From Hemiscyllium ocellatum (Eukaryota), in NCBI RefSeq assembly GCF_020745735.1, contig NC_083401.1:138815740-138879739 (forward strand): a stretch of DNA of 64,000 bases. The letters run 5' to 3'. Both the position numbers and the translations under genes were made by a program. The notes under the pieces were generated by a model. That model worked only from the letters and a program-made list of their open reading frames with translations, made no database searches and had not been told where the DNA came from. Below, piece by piece: positions 24,666-37,912 of the stretch. Numbering within the stretch: position 1 is the first letter of the stretch; the number at the start of each line of letters is the position of its first letter.

Positions 24666-25230
24666 ATAGAGCATAGAACATGACAGTGCAGCACAGGCCT
24701 TTCGACCCTCGATATTGCATCAACCTGTGAAACCAATCTGAAGCCCATCTAACCTACAGTATTCCATTTTCATCCATCTGTCTATCCAATGACCATTTAA
24801 ATGCCCTTAAGGTTGGTGAGTCTACTACTGTTGTAGGCAGGGCATTCAACACCCCTACTACTCTGAGTAAAGAAACTACTTCTGACATCTGTCCTATATC
24901 TATCATCCCTCAATTTAAAGTAATGCCCCCTCATGCTAGCCATCACCATCTGAGGAAAAAGGCCCTTACTGTCCACCCTATCTGATTCTCTGATTATCTT
25001 ATGTATCAGTTAAGTCGTCTCTTATTCTTCTCTCCAACGAAAACAGCCTCAAGTCCCTCAGCCTTTTCTCATAATATTTTCCCTCCATACCAGGCAACAT
25101 TCTAGTAAATCTCCTCTGAACCCTTTCCAAAGTTCCACATCCTTGCTGTAATGCGGTGACCAGAACTGTATGCAATACTCCACATGTGGCTGTGCCAGAG
25201 TTTTGTACAGCTGTAGCATGCTATTGGCTC
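24666..25230 (-). mobile_element. CR1 LINE 3' end
   Basis: Reverse complement of CR1 RT end and UTR (CATAGAGCATAGAAC tail; HMWSIAYSSGH region). Confidence 0.8.
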
Positions 25231-28200
25231 AACAGAAGTCACATGACTGACTGTAGTGCAGCATTGTGTGTCCTGGGGATCCAAGTTCTTTTCGATTTTA
25301 GTCTTAATGTTTGCTCAATTCTGCAAAACTTTTTTTGTATCCTGAAATTGTCTGTATTTTCCATGTAATACTATATTTAGTTACTAATTCGACACTGTTT
25401 CTGCTTATGGATCTTCTCTTGATTTAAGGAAACCCAATTTTAAGAGGGTCTGACACTGTTTCCAGCTCAATCTAACATCGTGATTCTACTTGCTTAGACC
25501 TGTACTTAGGTACCTGTGCCTTTACACCAGCTGTCCTTATTTTGTTTTATCTTAACCTCCCTGTCAGCCAAAGTCAACTAGTTCTTTGTGCTCCATTGCA
25601 TGTGTTCACTTTGTTCTTCAAGTTTATATGTTAATCCATCCCATTTTATACTAATGTTAAGTATTTAACTTTATCATGATGAACTATCCTATTCTATCCA
25701 GTTGCACTCAGGTTTGAGCAGACAAATCACTGTCTTAATGGTTTATTGACGCTGATCCCATATATTTTCAACTACTAAGACCTACTTGTTTTGTTGTCTC
25801 ACAACTAGTGTGCAATATTAACTTGTTATGTGCTCCTGATAACATCAATGTACTGACGTGCAGACGTCTAAGTCTCCAACTTACTGGGGTCACTTGCAGG
25901 ATGACATGCTGAGGGAAATGTTCAACAGTTTGTAACCAAATTACTCATTACTAGCCCAGATACACAGTAGCTGTGATTGTAATATAAGTAAATATATAAT
26001 AAATGCCTATTGAAGCTTTCAGTACTATGTTATCTGTGTCTAGTTTTAATATTATAGGACCTGACACTAATATTGCTTATCAAGTGTGAATGCCCTGGTG
26101 AAGGTAAATCACTGCAACTACAGCTGATTTGTGAGGATAGATAGGATCAACATACTCCTTCAGTAGCATCACGTGCCTCTGCCTGAGCTCTTCTGTCTCC
26201 AAATCTCGCATCATGCTTTGTTTCTTCCAGGCTGGACTATTCCAGTGAAGTCCTGGCTGGCCTCTAACTTGTAAACTTCAACCCATCCAAAACTTTTGCC
26301 TATTTCATATCCTGGACTATCATTTTCTTGAGGCTTCCATTGCTTTTCATAATTCAGCATTTCAGTTTGAAGTGCTGCTCTTCATGTCTACATCTCTTCC
26401 TGTTGCTACTCCTCTGTATCTCCTGTGACTTTCCCTCTTCCTGAACTCCTTTTTATTAATGATAAATTATACGAAAACTTTGTTTTAATTAGCATCTTAT
26501 AAATCAGTAAACATTATATACCTCAAATATCGTGAAGATTATTATTATTATGTATTATTCTGTCCAATTATTATAGTTTTTAAAATTTATTTACCCATAA
26601 ATATGCTTTTTGTTCACTTGAATGACCACACAAAATAATAACAATTGAGTGAATTCAGAGTTAATTTCTCCTCATATGTCACAATCTACCAATGTCTGAG
26701 TAGTCAGTTGAGGATGTAAGTGAGAAGTTGACAAATTTTATTTAAAGCAAAGTTGCATTCTTATTTAAGTGATGTATGCTGTAAATAAAGTATAACAGTG
26801 ATATGCATGTCCCCTGCATTACGTTTCTAATGCTTAGTTTGTATTTTTACATTTTTTGATGTGGAACTCTTGTTTATCTGGAATATTTGATCAACTGACA
26901 CTTCTGGTCCCATCGGTGCTGGATAGTAAGTTTCCTGTACATATCACTTCTTTTCATATTACTCACTTTTTGACACCACTTCTCCACCTCTTTCCCCTTT
27001 GCACCTGTTTACACACCATTGTTGAGAGCCCTGTGTTAAGTTATTTAGACCTTTAGCTCCTGACTCTGTCCCTAAACCTTTCCACCTCACCACTTCTCCT
27101 TTCAAATATTAACTTTTGGGTATTTTTCTTTGCCAGAAATTATTATAATGTTGTTTATAGAAGCTAAGGTAGGTTAGTCAATTTGTTGCTGAGTGTCATT
27201 AACTCAATGGTACCAGTTCTGTCACGTAAGTAACATGCTATGTCATTTTACTTCTGTTCATCGTTATCATTTTAAGAAAGTTCATTATGTTATTTTAACA
27301 TTTTTAAAAATTTGGTAGTTTCCTTAATTTGGATTGACAGAAGATATAATAAGTATCTGTATTTTGTAAGAATCAGTTGGGTTTAACACATTTTTTGTGT
27401 TGACCTGACTGCCAGTGGAAACATAGCAAAGAACAAACTTGTAAGTGACTCAGTCTGATTCGAAAAATGTCACCAACTTTTTTTGTAAGGAAATCTGTTG
27501 TCAAAAGTGCCGTTCGCTCCCAGTGATGTGACTTGAGCCAATTGTTAGTTTGTTTGATCTTAGGCAGAGGGTATCAACAAATTCTGCATTAGTGATGGGA
27601 ACAAACTGTGAATATAATGAAATCAAGGAGTCTGAACATTAATGCAAGCAAATTTACTTTTTAAGTATACACAGCTAGGATGCTTCCTGCCCCCATGCAA
27701 CTTGCCAGTGGGCTGAACAATTACCCATTCCTGCTGTTCCTTTAACTAGTGGAGCAGATATGAATGAAGACATTTGGAAGTCTAAGGGTTATCAGAGGCC
27801 AATGCAACAATAAAACATGCATCACCTTCACTGTAGCACACTGATAATGAAATAACTTTGAATGTATCTTGCAACACAATATTGTTTCAATGTGTGGGAG
27901 GAAAATGTCAGATATGCATGGATACAACAGAACGTATGCCACCTCTGCAAAGAAATAACTGAAGCAAATCTAACTTCCTTGACTTGTAGATATGTTTACG
28001 GGAAGGAATTATGGTCGACTCCAGAGGTATTTGGAGATTCTGTGCTCATTAAATTCTTCCAGTCTGGTGCTTGGTCTTCTGCTGGCGGCTGCTGCACACA
28101 GCAATGCACTGGGTTCCCAGGCCTTTGCAATGTTCCTCATTCAAAGCTAGAGAGTCTTCAATCCATGACAGTATCGGTAGTGAACTGCTTACGGTTTGTC

Positions 28201-28452
28201 AGCTGTCTCTGGTGTAAATTGCATTTGGCCTCTCCAGTATTGTTTTAAAAAATGTGTTGCTTTAGGGTTCCAAGCTAACATTTTGCTGATACTTAGCATG
28301 AATGTTTTTGACAACACTGATGGTTGGCATAACACTGGTTGTGTAGCTTTCAGGCATACTATTGGCAGTAATAGGAGGCTTAAGACTGACAATAATTTTG
28401 TGCATTTCCACCTCCATTCTCAACCAGGTATTGGATCTACGTTATCTAAGGA

Positions 28453-28467
28453 ATGAGCATTTCCTGA
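28453..28467 (+). promoter_or_regulatory. Upstream ORF (MSIS*) in the SEC24D 5' UTR
   Basis: ATG AGC ATT TCC TGA inside exon 2 (acceptor CAG at 28425-28427), ending 6 nt before the main ATG at 28474. Confidence 0.7.
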
Positions 28468-28473
28468 ACAAAA

Positions 28474-28624
28474 ATGAGTCATCAAGGATATGTCGCAACG
28501 CCACCTTATTCTCAAGCTAAACCTGGAATGGGAGGATATTCTCCTGGCTTTAGTTCAGCAACTTCACAGCCACATTATGGTCACTATGGTGGAACAGCTC
28601 AACCATATTCTGCAGCTCAAACAG
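28474..28624 (+). CDS. SEC24D: SEC24D first coding exon (exon begins 28428)
   Basis: [20 protein letters not shown]…HYGHYG… matches the SEC24D N-terminus ([14 protein letters not shown]…HYGHYG); donor CAG|GTAATT, phase 1. Confidence 0.95.
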
Positions 28625-28744
28625 GTAATTCATGCAGGGAAATAGCCTTGAACAGAAGTTTTAAACTATGCCCAGTCCTTTTTTCCTCATCAACCCCTCT
28701 GAGAGACAAGGCTAGAAATAATGAGACATGCAAACCTTGAAATT

Positions 28745-29220
28745 AAGACCAAAACTGGAGGAGAAGTACACCCTCAGCTCATTCTGTCTGATCCACCATT
28801 CAATGAGATCATGGCTATCTGATAATCCTCAACTTCACTCTCCTGCCTTTTCCCCTTCACCCTTTATTTGCTGACTGATTAAACATCATCTGTCTCAGCC
28901 TTACATATACTTATCAACCCCACCTCGACAGTCATCTGCAGTAAAGAATCCTACAGATTCAGTACATTCTGCAAGAAGAAATTCCCCCTCAGTCTTAAAT
29001 GGATGACTCTTATTCTGAGATAATGCCCTCCCACACAAGCAGAAACAACTTTTCTGCATCTTCCCTGTCAAGTTCCTTAAGAATCTTATGTATTTCAATA
29101 AGGTTATCTCTCATTCTTCTAAATTCTAAATGGGTACCAGCCTAAACTACTCAACCTTTGTTCTTAGGAATTCTGTCCTTACCTGCAATCAACATAGTGA
29201 ATCTTCTCTGATCTGTTTCT
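28745..29220 (-). mobile_element. Decayed CR1 LINE 3' end
   Basis: Minus frame MKYIRFLRNLT…; CR1-type 3' UTR. Confidence 0.7.
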
Positions 29221-29797
29221 GTATGTTAATGCTCCTAAGGGTTCTGCCATTTATTGTATAATTTGCATCTGAACTTGATCTTCCATAAAGGCATCACCTG
29301 TCTGCCATTTCTGTGACCAAATCTGCAATCTATCTATATCCCGCTGTATCCTTTGACAATCTTCTTCACTATCTGCAATTCCGTCAATTCACAAACTTAC
29401 GAATCAGACCAACTACTTTTCCTTCGACCGTTTACAGTACAACATTGATTATCCAAACTTTGGATTATCCAAACAAGATCTCAAGGTCCTGTAAAAACAG
29501 CATTAGGCAACTCAGTGTTCAGTTATCAGTTAAATGACATTATGCTGTGCAGTGACGGATAACTGAGAAATGTTTGGATAACCAGCACTTGTAAATGACC
29601 GCTTGTTTACGATCAGATCGATTGAACGATCAATTATCTGATATGTATTGTAAACAGTAAAAGTCCCAGCACTGATCCCTGTGAAACACTATTTGTTATT
29701 ATCTCCATTCCAAAAAGCACCCTTCCACCATCATTCTCTGTCTTGACTAAGCCACTTCCGTGTTCATCCAGCCAGATCCTGGAGTGTCTATCATCTG

Positions 29798-29934
29798 GTA
29801 AAAAATAAGGTCTGCAGATACTGGAGATCACAGCTGAAAATGTGTTGCTGGTTAAAGCACAGCAGGTCAGGCAGCATCCAAGGAATAGGATGATGCCTGA
29901 CCTGCTGTGCTTTAACCAGCAACACATTTTCAGC
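29798..29934. mobile_element. 137-bp Penelope-derived hairpin insertion
   Basis: Arms 29831-29879 and 29888-29936 pair at 48/49 positions; 13-bp TSD TGTCTATCATCTG (29785-29797 / 29935-29947). Confidence 0.92.
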
Positions 29935-30054
29935 TGTCTATCATCTGTACCAGTTTACCATGTCAAATACCTTACTAAGGTCCACGTAGCCAACATCCAC
30001 TGCACTTTCCTCATCAATCATTCTTGTCACCTCCTCAAAACATTCAATCAAACT

Positions 30055-31110
30055 GGATTACTCCTGGTGCCACAAGCTAGTGAGGGTAGGAACAGGAGGA
30101 TAGAGCAGATGAATGTGTGGCTGAGGAGCTGGTGCAGCGGGAGAAGGATTCACATTTTTAGATCATTGGAATCTGTTATGAGGTATAAGAGATCTGTGTA
30201 AGAAGGATGGATTGCACCTGATTTGGAAGGGGACTAATATACTGGGAGATTTGCTGGAGCTGCTGGAGGCGCGGGGGGGTCGGAATACACCAGGGAGTTA
30301 ATGAGGAAATAGGGCAGTTTGAGGCTGATATGGGAAAAGGAGTAAATCAGTCAGGGCTAGTAGGAACAAAGCAGAGAACAAGGTTGGACTGAAATCAATT
30401 AAACAACATTTATTTCAATGCAAGAGGCATAACAGGGAAGGCAGATGAACTCAGGGCATGGTTGGGAATATGGGGCTGGGATGTCATATCAATTACAGAG
30501 ACGTGGCTCAGGGATGGACAGGACTGGCAGCTTCATGTTTTAGGGTATAGATGATACAGGAAGAATATAAAGAGGAGCAAGAGAGGAGAGCGAGTGGCAT
30601 TTTTGATCTTGGATAATATTACAGCTTTTGGGACGATATTCCTGGGAATTAATCCAGGGATGTTATTTGGATGGAACTGAGAAATAAGAAAGGGATGATC
30701 ACCTTATTGGTATTGTATTATAGACCCCCTAATAGTCAAAGGGAAATTGAGAAACAAACTTGTAAGGAGATCTCAGCTGTCTGTAAGAATAATAGGATGG
30801 TTATGGTAGGCGATTTTAATTTTCCATTGAGCTGGGACTGCCATAGTGTTAAAGGCTTGGATTGAGAGAAACTTGTGTGTTGTAGAATATTTTCTGATTT
30901 TAATATGTAGATCTAACCACTGGAGAAGGTGCACAACATGGCTACGCTTGGGAAATAAGCCAGAGCAGGTGACATAGGTGTCAGTGGGGAAGCACTTTGG
31001 GGCCAATGATCATAATTTTATTAGTTATAAAATAGTGATGGAAAAAGTAGACCGGATCTAAAAGTTAACTTTCTAAATTGAAGGCAAGCCAATTTTGGCA
31101 GTATTGGGGA
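30055..31110 (+). mobile_element. CR1 LINE fragment (ORF1 esterase end + ORF2 endonuclease)
   Basis: RNRRIEQMNVWLRSW…DGLHL, then YFNARGI…ITETWL…YYRPPNSQ…MVGDFNFP. Confidence 0.85.
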
Positions 31111-31494
31111 TGGTCATTGCCTGGCATTTATTTGGTATGAATGTTACTTGTCAGCCAAGTCGAGATATTATCCAGATGTTGTTGCATTTGAATGTGGACT
31201 AGTTCAATGTCTGAGGAGCTGCTAGTGCAATAAGCAGCAAAATTCTGCCTCTCTGTGTCATCTGCAAAATTGGCGACAGTATATTCACTTTCTTCATCCA
31301 AGCTGATAACATACATTGTAAGTAGTTTTAGTCCCAGCTTTGATTCTTGAGGCACTCTACCAGTTACAAGTTGCTGTCCTGAAAATCCCCTCATTTACCC
31401 CAACTTTCTGTCTTCTCCCAATCCTCCGTCTATGCTCATATGCTGACCAGATATCCCATATAAATCTAGTTTCACTTGCCAGCATTTGGCGCTG

Positions 31495-31785
31495 TGCTCA
31501 TATGCCAGGGACCTAGGTTCAATTCCTGTCTCGGGCAACTGTCTGTGTGGAGTTTGCACATTCTCCCCGTGTCTGCAGGGGTTTCCTCCGGGTGCTCCGG
31601 TTTCTTCCCACAGTCCAAAGATGTGCAGGTTAGGTGAATTGGCCATGCTAAATTGCCCGTAGGTGCATTAGTCAGGGGTAAAAGTAGGGGAATGGGCCTG
31701 GGTGTGTTGCTCTTCGGAGGGTCGGTGTGGACTCGTTGGGTCGAAGGACCTGTTTCCATACTGGAGGGAATCTAATCTAATCCAA
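31495..31785 (+). mobile_element. HE1-type tRNA SINE
   Basis: B-box GGTTCAATTCC, core TGTGTGGAGTTTGCACATTCTCCCCGTGTCTGC, CR1-like tail ending AATCTAATCTAATC. Confidence 0.9.
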
Positions 31786-33080
31786 CCTAATATACTACCT
31801 TCAATGCCATGGCTTTACTGTGAAGGTGTTTTAAATGGTGCAACAATCCTTCAACAATCCTTGGTTTTTAGAGCAGTTTGTTTTCTATTTCAGTACACAA
31901 TCAAAAACACAGTTTAAAAAACAGACATACAGTCCTGCAGTCCCAACCTGGAATTATTCATTGTCTGTAGAGAGTGAAACAGAGCTGTTCTGATGTTCAG
32001 AAGTCACAAATTTGAAGAAGAGTTCTGAGGGAGTCATAACTGATTCAAAACGTTAACACTTTTTCTATCCCCACAGATGCTTCTGGACCTGCTAAGGTTT
32101 TCTGCCACTTTGTTTTTAATTCAGCTTTCTAGCATCCACTGTATTTTGCTTTAGTTTCAGCTTCTGGGTGATTTGTGGCTTATGGTCCCTTGGAAGTGTT
32201 GTGAATCATAGCGTGGATTCTGGAGCCTTTTGAAAGGCGAGCTCAAAAGGTCTTATTGCCCCTTTCATTCCAATTCATTATTCCTCCCATCCCCTGCTCT
32301 CTCATACACTCTGTGCCAGCTCATTCTGTGTACACAACATAGAAAACTAATCAACTATATAAAAACAATAGAACGAGTGGAATGTCTCTGGGAAGAAGAA
32401 GCATCCATTAACAATCTTGTTTCAGTCAGAAAAAAAACCCTCCTGTTCCCATACGCACTATAAAAGTGTGAATCAGACTGACCATTAAAATATCAATTAT
32501 GAAGTCTTCAAACATGACAGCTTTCTTAATCTGTACAACTAAACATTGAAACCTTGAGAAAAGAGTTAACCCAAAAAAAAAGGAACTTATAGCCACTTAA
32601 ACATGTCCACTGGTCAAAGTCACTAGTCATTTCCAGTTATCAAAATAGAACACACCAAGCTGGGATAATCGTTTTGAGAGTCTGGGCTCTCAGCCAAGCA
32701 TGCATGATGATGCCATGTAAATACTCTTTCAACAGAATTGGATGGTCCCTGATGGTTACATAGCTTTGTTGGGAAATCAATGTAACATGAGCAAACATGC
32801 CAATTTTAAAAAAAGTATTTGAATCTGCTTGCGAACTAAGTTATCTATGATCATTTTGTAGTAGTTCAAGACAAAAACTTGAATTGGCAGGTGTAGATTG
32901 TCTTGTAGACTGTAGTATTGAAGGAATATGCAAAGAGAGAATATTTCCAATTGTTAATTGTGAGCATGTTTTATACTGGAGACTTTTTGCATACAGTTAT
33001 TTATAATATTGTTACTGTTCTCAAAAGGCTTTACTTCTCTGAGTATAGGCTTCTGGTTCATGGATGCACTTTCTTTTCAG

Positions 33081-33207
33081 GACCTTTAAAACCACTATCT
33101 TCACCTCATGGATCTTCGATCTCTGGTCACCCACCACCTGCTCCTAGCCAGTTTGGCCAAACTAGCCTCCAAAATGGAATATATAATCCTGGAAACCAGA
33201 TGCCAAG
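33081..33207 (+). CDS. SEC24D: SEC24D coding exon 2
   Basis: Acceptor TTTCTTTTCAG, GPLKPLSS…PPPAPSQFGQ…NQMP, donor AAG|GTATTT; phase 1 to 2. Confidence 0.9.
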
Positions 33208-33757
33208 GTATTTTCTTGAAAAATTCATTCATGGGATGTGGGCATCACTAGCTAGCAAGCATTTATTATCTAACCCTAGTTATCCTTATGAAGGTAATGG
33301 TAAGCTGCCACAATACAGAATGGAAGACGGACAAAATACAATTTTCAACTTGCAGACAATCACTGCTTCATTTTTATCAAGAATGAATAAACTTTGCTTA
33401 TGTCTTGCAAAACTGATGTAAGGCTTTTTACTTTTAAATTTGCACTAGCAGTTTCCTTATGCATGTATGGTAGAAGAGAAACACTACTCCGTTTAGACAC
33501 ATTCCTACAAGGCTTATATCAAAACTCATTTGCTCACGTCCTGTCTCCCAGCTACCTGATCATGCAGTCGTTTAGATATCTAACTTACGTCCTGTAAATT
33601 GTAAGCCTTGATATTGTTGTGGTTTTCAGTTGCTTGAAAACTGTACCACATGCCAAAAATAGTTACATTTAGATTAACTGTCCAACATTGAAGAATGGAT
33701 TAGAAGTTACAATGTCTCATTTATATTTTTTAAAACAAAGTATTTATTTACTTCTAG

Positions 33758-33906
33758 CCATGCAATTCCTCCTCCATGCAGTGGTCAGACACCTCCCCTT
33801 CAGTCCCATGGTTCAAAATCACAGTCAAATTACCAGAACACTGCACCACCTGTATTCACACAGCAAGTCAGCAGTCAGCTTGGTGCGATGCAAATAAGCA
33901 ACTATG
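33758..33906 (+). CDS. SEC24D: SEC24D coding exon 3
   Basis: Acceptor CTTCTAG, HAIPPPCSGQ…QVSSQLGAMQISNYG (cf. human QLGSQLSAMQINSYG), donor G|GTAAGT; phase 2 to 1. Not the frame given in the ORF track. Confidence 0.92.
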
Positions 33907-35034
33907 GTAAGTTTTTGTTTAAATGAAGTAATTTACACCAGTTGAATATTTAGGAGTGTAGGGAAAGGAAGATGATGACGAAGATGAATTTTTTACCTAA
34001 ATTTGCATTTTTAAAAGGTTTCTGTTTCTAGATGGTTTCTTTCCTGTTGTCCCAAATGCTCTCACCTTGCAATTTCTTCATCCTTTTTAACCCTGAGTCT
34101 GACACATCAAAAGAGAGAAAAATGAAACTGAAGTTTTTAAAGATCCTATGCTTTCGCATCGAAGATTTCCTGAGTGACAGAAAGCTTTGATGAATGTAAT
34201 TTAATCTTGTTACTTTACAAAAGCAACAGAAACTTATTTTCATCTCCTGTGGTGATCTGGAATGTTTGAAGTCTTAAAAAAATACGCTGAGCGCTTTGTT
34301 CACAACATGTCAGCAGTTCTACAGTCACCCATTTTTGTTTTAGGTTTGTGTGGGAAACCGATAAATTACTTCTCTGGAATATGTGTAATTTAAACATACT
34401 TTACATTGACAAATTCCACTTACAAAATACAAATGGAAGAAATTACCGTAGATTGAATTCAGAGAAAGTAACTTTTGTAAGTAAGGAAAATGCAAGAAAA
34501 TCAGAAAAGAATGATTGCTTTGAAAAACATTCTGAGATTTTTTTTTCCTAATTAAAATTTGCTACTTGTTGGATTCATGGAAAAGTGATTCAATATGTGT
34601 TTCACTTAAATGTCATTTAAAATATTTGAAATTTCACTCAAAAACATCTTGGCTTTGTGTAAACCAAGACATGTAACTTATGGAAAGTTAATGTATTATT
34701 CTGAAATTTCTTTCTCCACAATTCATAGCAGTGGAATACACCATGCTACAATGATGGAAACAAAGATTTCGGATGAACATGCTAGTTAAGTGTACACTTG
34801 AGTCTATAACATAATCTTTGGAACCTCAAGCCTAAATTCAAATACTAGTGTTGAATTCTTTGAAATAGAATTGTTGGTATTGGCATGAGCCATGACTGAT
34901 TTACTCAGTTTGTCAAGCTGCAGTAACAACAGGTGAGAGAAAAGTTGATACTTGGAGAGACTTACATGACCTTACATCTGAACCATAGAATATTTAACAT
35001 TTAATCGAAGTGAAGCCTTAGTGGAATTATGTAA

Positions 35035-35471
35035 TGTCACAAAGCTGGTCCTTTTTTCCTAAAAGCTGCTCCTTTACTTGAGGATATTGTGTCCTTGATT
35101 TTTTTCAGAGGGATCGTAAACGGGCCAGGCTCTGATTAGACTAGTTTGATACATAGATGAAAGGGATTTTGAGGAGCCTTTTGTTTATGTGTAAACAGAT
35201 AAGACTTAAGGCCAAAGTGGTCATGTCTCTCTCTCTCTTTGTCTCGCCCGCCCTGCTCTCTGTCTCGCCTGCCCCCGGTTCTTTATTCTGTTCTTTGTGT
35301 TTCATTGTATAATTTTCTGAATAAACTTTTATCTGTTTTAAAATCTGGTTGTCAACCTCGCTAACTTACTTCGAGTAATTTTCACTGTACACTTACTGAA
35401 ACAAACTGCAAAGTTATGGTCTGGGCTGCCTGCTTAAGAGTGTTTTGAGTGATCTGGCCTAGTCCATAACA
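35035..35471 (+). mobile_element. Solo LTR, internally deleted
   Basis: TGTCACA…ATAACA termini, AATAAA near 35320, similar to 51429-52025; no clear TSD. Confidence 0.65.
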
Positions 35472-36499
35472 ATAGGGCCAAATGTGAAATCACACTAAGC
35501 ATACTGTGAGCAGTTTTTATCTTTTCAGCTGAGGATTTAATGGAAACAATAGCAGATCAGTTACCTGTTCTCCATTGTTACATACACAAATTCCAAATTG
35601 TAAGTATTAAAGTGACATTTACAATGAGGAAGTACTCTACCATTCAGGCTCACTTCACTTCTAATCAGCTGTACTGCAGTGCTGAATCTCTACTGAAGTT
35701 AAATCCCTAATCATCCTGTCCTACCACATAGTACGTGTTTCCATTTTTTAAAAAAAGGTAAAAATAATGTTAGGTCTACCAACCTTGGCACTCTGTTATG
35801 GGTCTCACTGGCTTTTCTCATTCAAGATATGTTACAAGATGACTGAAGGTAAACCTAATTTTGACCAATATTGAAGCGATTTCAGTATCTTGAAGCTCAT
35901 AACTCCGATATTTACAGCTTTAAACTATGCCATTCTGTCTATTCTGGTCAACAAAGACCTGACTACACTAATTCCATTTTTCAACCATTGAGCCAAAGCT
36001 ATGGAGGCTATAACCATGCAAGTTATAATGTTTTCTAAATGTTAAATATTTCTGACTCAACTACCCTTTCAGTCAGTGAGTTCCAGGCTAACACCGTCCC
36101 CTGGATGAAAGTTATTCTCAACTCTGCTCTGAGACTTCTACTTTTAATCTTAAATCTATACCTTCTGGTTGTTGGCCCCTCTACCATTGGAAATAGTACG
36201 TTCCAAACCACTTGAAGTGTGTTCCTCAATCTTACATGCTTCTATCAGTTCTCCTCTCAAGCTTCAATGCTCCAACTAAAACAGCACCAGCCTATCCAGA
36301 CAGTCCTAATCGTTCTGACCCTCAGCCCAGGCAGTGTCCTAGTAAGTCTCTTCTGTACCGTCTTTAGTGCAAATGCATCCTTTCTTAAATATAGTGATTA
36401 GAACTGCAAACAGTACTCCAATTGTGGCCTAACCGGCATATGTAGTCAGAACAGCATAATGTTTCTGCTCTTGCAATTCTATGCCTTTCCCAAGAAAGG

Positions 36500-36565
36500 A
36501 AAGTATCCCATATATGTTACAAAGTATCCCATATATGTTACAAAGTATCCCGTATATGTTACAAA
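36500..36565. repeat. 21-bp tandem repeat, 3 copies
   Basis: AAAGTATCCCRTATATGTTAC x3. Confidence 0.95.
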
Positions 36566-37444
36566 CCACCTTATTGAATCAGAAGGTAGCCTTGCTACCT
36601 TCAGGAATTTTTAGATATATACACCAAGATCCTCCAATTATCGTTACTTTCCAGCTTCCTCCCATTTATATTGTAATCCCCTTGCGTTGTTAGTCATCTC
36701 CATTTATATTATTTCGCACTTTTCTGTGTTGAATTCCATTTATCACTGTTCTGTTCACTTAACCAGTCGATTGATACCCACCCATAATTTACGACTATCC
36801 TCCACATAATTTACCACACCCTCAATTTTTGTCATTCACACTCTCCTTGATTATAACACCTAAATTTAAGTCCAAATGTTTAATGTACATGAGAAACAGC
36901 AAGGACCTCTGTATCTCACCCTGAAGGACCTCCCTGTGATCAGAATTCTGAACACCAAAATATCCCTCTTTTATCACTGTCTGCTTCCTGCCTCTCAGCT
37001 AATTTCAAGTCAAACATGTCACTTTGCCTTGAATGTCATGGACTGTACTTTCTTGACCAGTCTGCCATGAGGGACTTTATCAAAAGCCTTGCTTAAGTCT
37101 ATGGATACAACATTAAATGTGCTACTCTCATCTGCACCCCAGCTTATCTCCTCCAAAAAGTTAATTAAATTTCTAAAATATGACCACCTTTTAACAAATC
37201 CTTGCTGACTATCCCTGAATAATCCTTATATTCAAGTGTAGAGGTTAGACTGATTGGCTTGTAATTTCCTGGTCTATCCTTCTGCATTTTATAAAAATGG
37301 GACAACATTGGAACCTCTGCAGTCCTCTGACAGCTTACCTGTGGACAGGGAGGATTTGAAAACTACTGCTAGGACTCTGATAGCTCCTCCCTTGCCCCCC
37401 TCAACAGCTTTTGACACATCTCATCCAGACTGGTAGAACTACCG

Positions 37445-37785
37445 TGGGCGGCATGGTTGTTCAGTGGTCAGTGCTGCTGCCTCACAGCATCAGGGGCCTG
37501 GCTTTGATTCCAACGTCGGACAACTGACTGTGTGGAGTTTGCACATTCTCCCCGTGTCTGCGTGGGTTTTCTCTGGGTGCTCTGGTTTCTTCCTACAAAC
37601 CAAAGATTTGCAGGTTAGGTGAATTGGACCTGCTAAATTGCCCACAGTGTTCACAAATGTGTAGGTTAGGTACATTAGTCAGGGGTAAACATAGGATAAT
37701 AGGGTAGAAGAATGGGTCTGGATGGGTTACTCTTCGGAGGGTCGTGTGGATTTGTTGGGCTGAAGGGATTCTATGAATCTATGAA
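37445..37785 (+). mobile_element. HE1-type tRNA SINE
   Basis: A/B-box-like head, HE1 core, GATTCTATGAATCTATG tail. Confidence 0.88.
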
Positions 37786-37818
37786 CTATCCACTTCTAAG
37801 GCAGCTAAACCTATTAAT

Positions 37819-37873
37819 GTCTCTGTCTGTCTCTCTGACTGACTGGCTGTGTGTGTCTCTCTCTTTCTTTCTT

Positions 37874-37908
<35 letters not shown>
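37819..37908. repeat. Compound (CT)n/(CTTT)n microsatellite
   Basis: Seen directly. Confidence 0.9.

Positions 37909-37912
<4 letters not shown>

Noticed and set aside
27862-28248. 128-aa ORF just upstream of SEC24D exon 2
   Set aside because: No recognisable domain or convincing splice pairing; may be regulatory DNA, but unsupported from sequence alone.
28425-28433. Recursive splice site (CAG|GTATTG) at the exon 2 acceptor
   Set aside because: The regenerated donor is weak and AG|GT is common at ordinary acceptors.
36500-36565. CRISPR-like or coding repeat (QSIPYML x3)
   Set aside because: Head-to-tail tandem without spacers, inside a eukaryotic LINE remnant.
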